NCBI RefSeq assembly: GCF_009914755.1
Contig: NC_060927.1
Direction: 5' to 3' (one strand)
Source: the human T2T-CHM13v2.0 reference genome, Homo sapiens
Length of the DNA: 64,000 nt
Each line of letters begins with the position of its first letter. The first letter of the stretch is position 1. The notes under the pieces were generated by a model that saw nothing but the letters and a program-made list of their open reading frames with translations, did no database searches and was not told the DNA's origin. Positions 56,842 through 64,000 of the stretch are shown in pieces. The position numbers were made by a program, and so were the translations under genes.

Positions 56842-59482
56842 GATATAACCTTCACTAGTATTTGGAAGTTGTTTATTATAGGTCACCCTTAACATAGATC
56901 ATCTCTTTTAATCCTAACATAAAACACGTATTATTGTCCTTATTTGACAGATGAGGAAATCAAAGCTTAAGGTAGAAGTAACATTCCGAAGGTAACACAG
57001 GAGTCAATGACAGAGTTGGGCTGCTCCATGACCCAGTCTTTTAAACCCGTGCTAATGAAAATCCTTTTCTGGTATATCCATATATTACTGGTGGGTTTTT
57101 ATAAACAAAATATTTTATTTTCTCCAGTGTATTTTTTCTGCATATTCCAAATTTTCTCCAATAATGTATGCTATTATTTTCTCTTTTTTCAATTTTTATT
57201 GAATGTAAAATAATGTAAAAATTAATATAAATAAAATTAATAAAAAATTAATAAAAATTAATAATGTAAAATTATTTACATTATTTTCTCTTTTTTCAAT
57301 TTTTATTTACTTGACATATAATAATTGTACATATATATGGGGTAGATAGTGAGTTCCAATACATACCAGATATAGCAATAAAATCAGGGTAACTAGCATA
57401 ATCACTGCAAACATCAAACTTTTTTTTTAATGTTGAGAACATTCAAAATCCTTTCTTTTAGCTATTTGAAAATATACAATAATTTATTGTTAACTCTAGT
57501 CAACCTATAGTGCTATAGAATAGTAGATCTTTCTCCTTGTATCAAGCTCATTACTGGTGGCTGGGCTTTCACGTAATTTTTTTGAAAGAAGTTTCTAAAG
57601 CATATCAAGAATCTAAAAGTGTTACTGTCCTTTTATCAGGTAATCTCACTTCTGGGAATATTGTTAGGAAATACTCATGTAAAAGTAAAGTAAAAAAGGA
57701 CATTCATTGCAGTATTAGTTATGGTAAACAACTGGAAACTTCTTAAATGTCAAACAAATGAGAAAAGATTAAGTAACTAATGATATATTACATAGTATCT
57801 TAAATATTCACCATGATGCCTATTTAGTAATAAAGTATAATGCATGGATCAGTTATATGAAAAACTGGAATATATAATTATATTCACATTATGATGCCAA
57901 TTCTGTAGAATTTTGCATGTATATGAAAAAGGCATGTAGGAATATAAAGAAAATATCAAATATTGTTTCTTGAGGTGGTGATATTTCCAGTGAACTTCTC
58001 TTCTATTATTGTTATTGTAATCTGTACAAGTAATGAACAAATTTGAAATACAACATATATACCTGCTCTATGTACCTCACAGGATAATTGTGAAGATCAG
58101 CCAAAAAGATGAGTAAATGATATAAAGTTGACAAACTGTAAGACAATTGAAATACCATAAAAAACACCAGGCTGGTCTGGCTAGAAGAAGAAATCTTGTA
58201 TTCAGACTGAACAAAACCCTAGGATCCCAGGACAAGCAGGTTTGGCTCCTCCTCTCATCCACCCTCACGATCTGGGCCAGAGATTGGCAAACTATGGCCC
58301 ATGGGCAAAATCCTGTCCATACTCAGTTTTCGTAGATCTATGAGCTAGAAATACTTTTTAGATTTTAAGTGGTTCAAAGAAAAAAAAATCAGAGAATGTT
58401 ATTTCATGACCCATGAAAATGATATGAAATTCAATTTTCAGTGTACATAAATGAAGTTTTTTTTGGAACAGAGTAGCACCCATTTACTTACATATTATCC
58501 ATGGATGCTTTATGCAATGGCAGCAAAGTTGAGTGGTTGCTATGAGACCAATTGCCCACAAAGCTTAAAATGCTTGCTATCCTGGCCCTTTACTAAAACA
58601 ATTTTCTGACCCTTAACCTAGGCCAGCTTCAGTTCTTCACATCTTGTCTTGGCCTTATGAGAACTTTATTCTAGAGAATTTTTTTCCCAGTTGCACTTAC
58701 ATGGTTAGAAATACTGCCTTTTCCTAGTATTTAGCCTTTAAAAAATGTTTTCAAAACATTAGGGGTTGGAGCCATTGAACGGCTCCAACACCAACCAGGT
58801 TTACATTGCAATGTTTGCTAACACACAAATACATGTTCTGGTAGGTGCTCAGTGGGAGATACAGGACCTTCTTGGGCATCAAGAGATTTAATCTTTGATC
58901 TGTTCAAAGTTTGACCCGTCTGGGCCTCTGTTTCCTCATTTATAATAATGAAGAAAACTGGATGATTTCTGAGGCCCCATTCTACGTTTCTACAATGGCT
59001 TGTGTTATTTTAAAGGTTGGTGGTTCTTCATGGTTATTATACGGGCGCTTTTGCTTCTTTGATGATCTCCCTGTCTCTGGGACAATTAACCAATCATGTT
59101 TAAGGTAAGAGATAAAAAGTTAAATGCTGCAGGGACTAGACAGGTAAAATAAACGAGGGAACCCACCTGAGTTAATAGAGTCTGTGGTAAGCATTGTGGC
59201 ATGCTGCAGAGTACAGCAGGTCCTGGAATAACATTGTTTCTCTTCAGTACCATTTCATTATAATGCTGATGAGAAAAAAAAATTGATCCTAGGCTGGGGC
59301 CATTGTCTTCATTTGCACATTCTCCTCATGTCTGTATGGATTTTCTTCAGATACCCTGGTTTCCTCCCACATCCCAAAGATGTTAGGTTCATTGGCATGT
59401 CTGAATTGTCCCAGTTTGAGTGAGTGTGGATGTGTGTGGGAGTGTGTCCTGTGATGGAATGGCATCCTGTCTAAGGTGGGTT

Positions 59483-60137
59483 TGTTCCCGGACCAAACCA
59501 AGGGTCAGGCTGCTATTTCATGAAGCCCAATAATGAGACACAGATTAACTGGGGAGGAAGAGAGTTTTTATTTATGTAACTGGTTACAGGGAGAAGGCCT
59601 GGAAATTGTTGCCAGACCAATGCAAAATTACAAAGTTTTCCAGAGCTTATATACCTTCCAAGCTATATGTCTACGTGTAAGTGTGCATTCATCTAAAGAC
59701 ATAAATGATAAACTTCTTTTAATCTATAACTAGGGTCTGAGTCCTGAAGACCTTCTTCTGAAGACAAAGTAAATTTTCTTAATCTAAATGGGTCCAGGTG
59801 TGGCAGTGATGACCCTTATCTGGTCTCCCGCTAAATCACAGAGGTTTGGGGAGTTCCTTTAGATCCAATAAACTTGTTTATGGAGGCTTGGGGAGTTTGT
59901 TCAGACCCCCAGTAAAACTTGTTTAATCCTAAATGGGTCATGTTAATTCCTTCATTATTTTGTCATGCTTTAAGGCCCAGGAAAGGCCTAGACAAAACTT
60001 TTGGCGGGCTTTTGTTACATTCCAGCCTTTGTGTAAGGGCACTGGCTCAATCAGCTTTTAATGTTTAACCTCCCTACTCAGTCAGTGCTGGCACAGTTGT
60101 AACGGAGGCCTGCGTTAGTGAGACCCGGCCTGCCGCA
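59483..60137 (-). mobile_element. ERV1-class solo LTR (MER4-group; subfamily uncertain)
   Basis: Minus strand starts tgcggcaggccgggtctcactaacgcaggcctcc and ends ggtccgggaaca; ggtt-like TSD. Confidence 0.7.
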
Positions 60138-60410
60138 GGTTCCCACTTTGTGACCCAGCTGCTAGGATACGCTATGGTCACCCATGACCCTGAACTGGAA
60201 TAATTGGGTAAATAGTTATCTAATTTGTTTTTATTGCTTTTTCTCATTTGAATGTATACCTCACATTTATTTCAATGTTTAATATTAGAAGTATTTTGGC
60301 CTTTATTTAGATGTCTGATGATGTTTTTGTGACCAGAAATATGCCATAGGAACTTAACTCTTGTTTATGTCAATTAGCCTATTATAAAATTGGTTTTCTC
60401 ATATAACCAC

Positions 60411-60917
60411 TGAACCAGTTTTAACTGGCCCTACTCTATTGAAAACAGGATATTAAATTATTTTACAGGCACAGAGTGAAGAAATTACGAGTCATACAGC
60501 TGAAGTATGCACAGAAAAGATTTCAACCTCAAATAAAATCTGGAACTGAAGTTTCACTCCCCTCATGGAACAAATGTATCAAGACTTGGTCAGAACTGAA
60601 GGCCAGAACACTTTCAAAAGTGAAGGGGTACAAGCTCAGGAATGTTAGGTGTTAAGATCCCTTACCATACTTTACCATATATGGTCTTGTTTAAAGTTCT
60701 TCCAATCAAGACCTACCCACCAGCACTTCTGCATACCAGCCTGCTCTCTCTAACCCAGAAAACTTGCCCCAGACTCCAGAATGGGGAGATGGAATTGAGC
60801 TTTGTCTCCTGCCTCCTCGCCGCCAACCCCACAATAAAACCTTTTTTTTTCTTAAAAACTGGTGTCATAGTATTTGCGTCTATGTTAACCAGGAAGCGAG
60901 CCCATTGCTCAGTAACA
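60411..60917 (+). mobile_element. ERV-type solo LTR (family not identified)
   Basis: TG...CA ends (tgaacc...ctcagtaaca), aataaa near the 3' end, interrupts the Tigger element. Confidence 0.5.
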
Positions 60918-61619
60918 GTTACACATCATGTCATTTAAAGCTTCAGTTTTCAAGAACTTATCGGTGATATTAAGTGATACTTACTGCACTTGGCCCATCT
61001 GAAGGGAGCAGCTGTAACTCAGCTGCAGCTGACTATTAATTTATGTTGCTAGATCTTTCACATTTTCAGAAGATGGATTTTATGTGAAATCTAATATATA
61101 AATGCAGGCAACTAATTCAAATTTTAAAAAATACTATGTAGCCCGTCTTCCCCAATTCCAGAATGCAGAATGGGCCTCTGAGTTACCATTTTAAGAACTC
61201 TTCCTCTATGTGTACGGTAATTTTTATGTAACTTTCCAATGGGGATGGACAACAAAGTTTCAAGGAACCCTTGGCCATCTGAAAATCCTATCTTCAGAGT
61301 ATGACACTAAGCTGAGGTGGCAGAATATGTGTTTCCAAATGAACCTGGGTCTTGTGTTCACTTAGAACTTGCAAGATTTAAAAAAGCTTTTGGTATTATG
61401 ACTGATTTTTAGGAATAGTATTTCTAAAACTTTATAAACAAGTAATACCCCCCACATTCACTTAGAAGCTGATCTTTTCTGTTTGGCTTCATGTTGTTAG
61501 CTAGAACAGATCATTTAGCTCAACTAGAATGGGAGTAAAGAACCTGGTCTTGCCATGTAAATTACTTCTGAACACACTATCCTTTCCTTTCTTCTTTTTT
61601 CTGGGTTAGGGGGATGTGA

Positions 61620-62350
61620 TATATTTGTTTATTCTATGGATATTTATCAAGTGCCTACTAAGTGTAGGAATTGCTCCAGGTGCTGGGGACATAACAGTAA
61701 ACTAAATAAAATCTTGCTCTCATAAAACTTACATTCTAGAAGGGAAGATAGACAATTAATAAATACATAATGTTAGACAGTGATAAGTGCTAGGAAGGAA
61801 AATAAAACCAATGAAATGTAAGGAGATAGAGAGTGACGGGGAGTATTATTTTAGATGGTATAGTCATGGAGGGCATCCTTGAGGAGGTGACATTTCCACA
61901 GAGATCCAAATAAGGTGAGTAAGCCATTAGAATATTTCTAGGCAAAAAGAACGCCACATACAAACACTCCTGGGCAAATTTCTTGGTGTGCTTGAGGAAT
62001 GTCAAGGGGGCCAGTGTAGATGGAGCTGCTGTCAGCCAGGGGAAGAGTAATAGGAAATAAGAGTAATGGGAAATAAGATCCAAAGGGTAGCCAACTACCA
62101 GATCCTGTAGGGTTTTATAAACATAGTGAAGACTTTTATTTTAAGAATGTAGGAAAGCCATTAGAGGGGTGACATCATCTGATCACCTCTTAAGAAGCTC
62201 ACTGTGGCTGCTGTAGGCACAGGGGTTTCCAGCAGAGGTACCTGTTAGGAGGCCATTGCAGTGATCCAGATAGATGAATGATGCACTAGGCTGGTAGCAG
62301 TGGATATTCTGAGAAGCAGTTGGATTTGGATAATATTTTCAGTGGTAGAG
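61620..62350 (+). mobile_element. L2 fragment
   Basis: atatttatcaagtgcctact...ccaggtgctggggacataacagt...gaggaggtgacattt. Confidence 0.65.
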
Positions 62351-62351
62351 G

Positions 62352-63782
62352 TGAGAGATGACAGCGTGCTGGCAGCCGTCGCTGGCTCTCGGCGTCTCCT
62401 CTGCCTGGGCTCCTACTTTGGCGGCACTTGAGGAGCCCTTCAGCCTGCCACTGCACTGTGGGAGCCCCTTTCTGGGCTGGCCAAGGCCAGAGCCGGCTCC
62501 CTCAGCTTGCAGGGAGGTGTGGAGGGAGAGGCGCAGGTGGGAACCGGGGCTGCACACGGCGCTTGCGGGCCAGCGCGAGTTCCAGGTGGGCGTGGGCTCG
62601 GCAGGCCTGGCACTCGGAGCGGACCCCAGCCCACAAGCCCCGGCCAGTGAGGGGCTTAGCAGCTGGGCCAGCAGCTGCTGTGCTCGACTTCTTGCCGGGC
62701 CTTAGCTGCCTCCCCACTGGGCAGGGCTCCGGACCTGCAGCCTGCCATGCCTGAGCCTGCCCTCCCTGCCGTGGGCTCCTGTGCAGCCCAAGCCTCCCCG
62801 ACTATCGCCATCCCCTGCTCCATGCTGCCCAGTCCCATCCACCACCCAAGGGCTGAGGAGTGCAGGCGCACAGCAGGCAGCTCCACCTGTGGCCCCGGTG
62901 TGAGATCCACTGGGTGAAGCCAGCTGGGCTGCTGAGTCTGGTGGGGACTTGGAGAACCTTTATGTCTAGCTAAGGGATTGTAAATACACCAATTGGTACT
63001 CTGTAACTAGCTCAAGGTTTGTAAACACACCAATCAGCACCCTGTGTCTAGCTCAGGGTTTGTGAATGCACCGATCGACACTCTGTATCTAGCTACTCTG
63101 GTGCGGACTTGGAGAACTTTTGTGTGGACACTCTCTGTCTAGCTAATCTAGTGGGGACGTGGAGAACTTTTGTATCTAGCTCAGGGATTGTAAAGGCACC
63201 AATCAGCACCCTGTCAAAATGGACCAATCAGCGCTCTGTAAAATGGACCAATCAGCTCTCTGTAAAACAGACCAATTGGCTCTCTGTAAAATGGACCAAT
63301 CAGCAGGATGTGGGTGGGGCCAGATAAGGGAATAAACGCAGGCTGCCTGAGCCAGCAGTGGCAACCTATTGGGGTCTTCTTCTGCGCTGTGGGATGTTTG
63401 TTCTTTAACTTCTTGCAGTAAATCTTGCTGCTGCTCACTTTTTGGGTCTACACTGCCTTTATGAGCTGTTAATACTCACCTCGAAGGTTTGCAGCTTCAC
63501 TCCTGAAGCCAGGGAGACCACGAACCCACCGGGAGGAACAAACAACTCCAGACGCGGCGCTCAGTCTTAAGAGCTGTAACACTCACCGCGAAGGTTCGCA
63601 GTTTCACTCCTGAGCCAGCGAGACCACGAACCCACCAGAAGGAAGAAACTCCGAACACATCCGAACATCAGAAGGAACAAACTCCAGACACGCCGCCTTT
63701 AAGAACTGTAACACTCACCGCGAGGGTTCGCGGCTTCATTCTTTAAGTCAGTGAGACCAAGAACCCACCAATTCCGGACACG
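62352..63782 (+). mobile_element. LTR12C (ERV9) solo LTR
   Basis: Starts tgagagatgacagcgtgctggcag; GC-rich U3; tandem caccaatcagcaccctgt and ggaccaatcag repeats; U5 repeats cttaagagctgtaacactcaccgcga; ends ccaattccggacacg; 4-bp TSD gagg. Confidence 0.92.
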
Positions 63783-64000
63783 GAGGTAACTTCTGTTCGT
63801 TGTTTAAGACAATTCAAAGGCTGCTTTCTCAGAGATATTTCCTGAACTCTTCCTCCTTGCTGAGTTGAGTTTCTCTCTCCTGTGATCACCCAAGCAGCCC
63901 TCTTTTACTTTTTGACATAATACATTTTATTAAGTGATTTATTATGTATCTGCTGTATCTATGTGGCTGCGAATTCTTTTTTAAGGCCCAGGTCCATGCC

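Larger units (their letters stand above)
59213..60987. mobile_element. Tigger3 (MER7/Golem)-like DNA transposon interrupted by two LTRs
   Basis: cagcaggtcct...ggtttcctcccacatcccaaagatg...gaccctgaactggaataa...taagtgatacttactg. Confidence 0.7.

Noticed and set aside
63160-63305. Short regularly spaced repeats resembling a CRISPR array
   Set aside because: Eukaryotic LTR12 enhancer repeats with no unique spacers and no cas genes
62339-63438. Overlapping GC-rich ORFs and the WTNQ-repeat ORF
   Set aside because: LTR12C U3 sequence and its CCAAT tandem repeats

Overview
Human (primate) genomic DNA from the OXSM locus. The window opens with a CpG-rich bidirectional promoter (~630-1000). On the + strand it drives the complete three-exon OXSM gene (mitochondrial beta-ketoacyl-ACP synthase; CDS 1787-2763 + 4858-5260, 459 aa). 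On the - strand it probably drives an alternative first exon of NGLY1. The remaining ~58 kb is gene-free, repeat-dominated DNA: about 15 Alus, several L1s (one near-full-length ancient L1MA with its target-site duplication), L2/MIR, MaLR/ERVL/ERV1 LTRs, MER/Tigger/MADE1 DNA transposons and a solo LTR12C. Nearly all short ORFs in the track are repeat-derived or chance. I found no new coding system. The most notable structures are an Alu-L1 fusion inside a single TSD pair, a twin-primed inverted L1, a ~320-bp fold-back palindrome, several locally templated insertions, an ancient inverted duplication and duplicated HRE/NRF1-like motifs in the promoter. Repeat subfamily names come from recalled consensus sequences, and most repeat boundaries are approximate.
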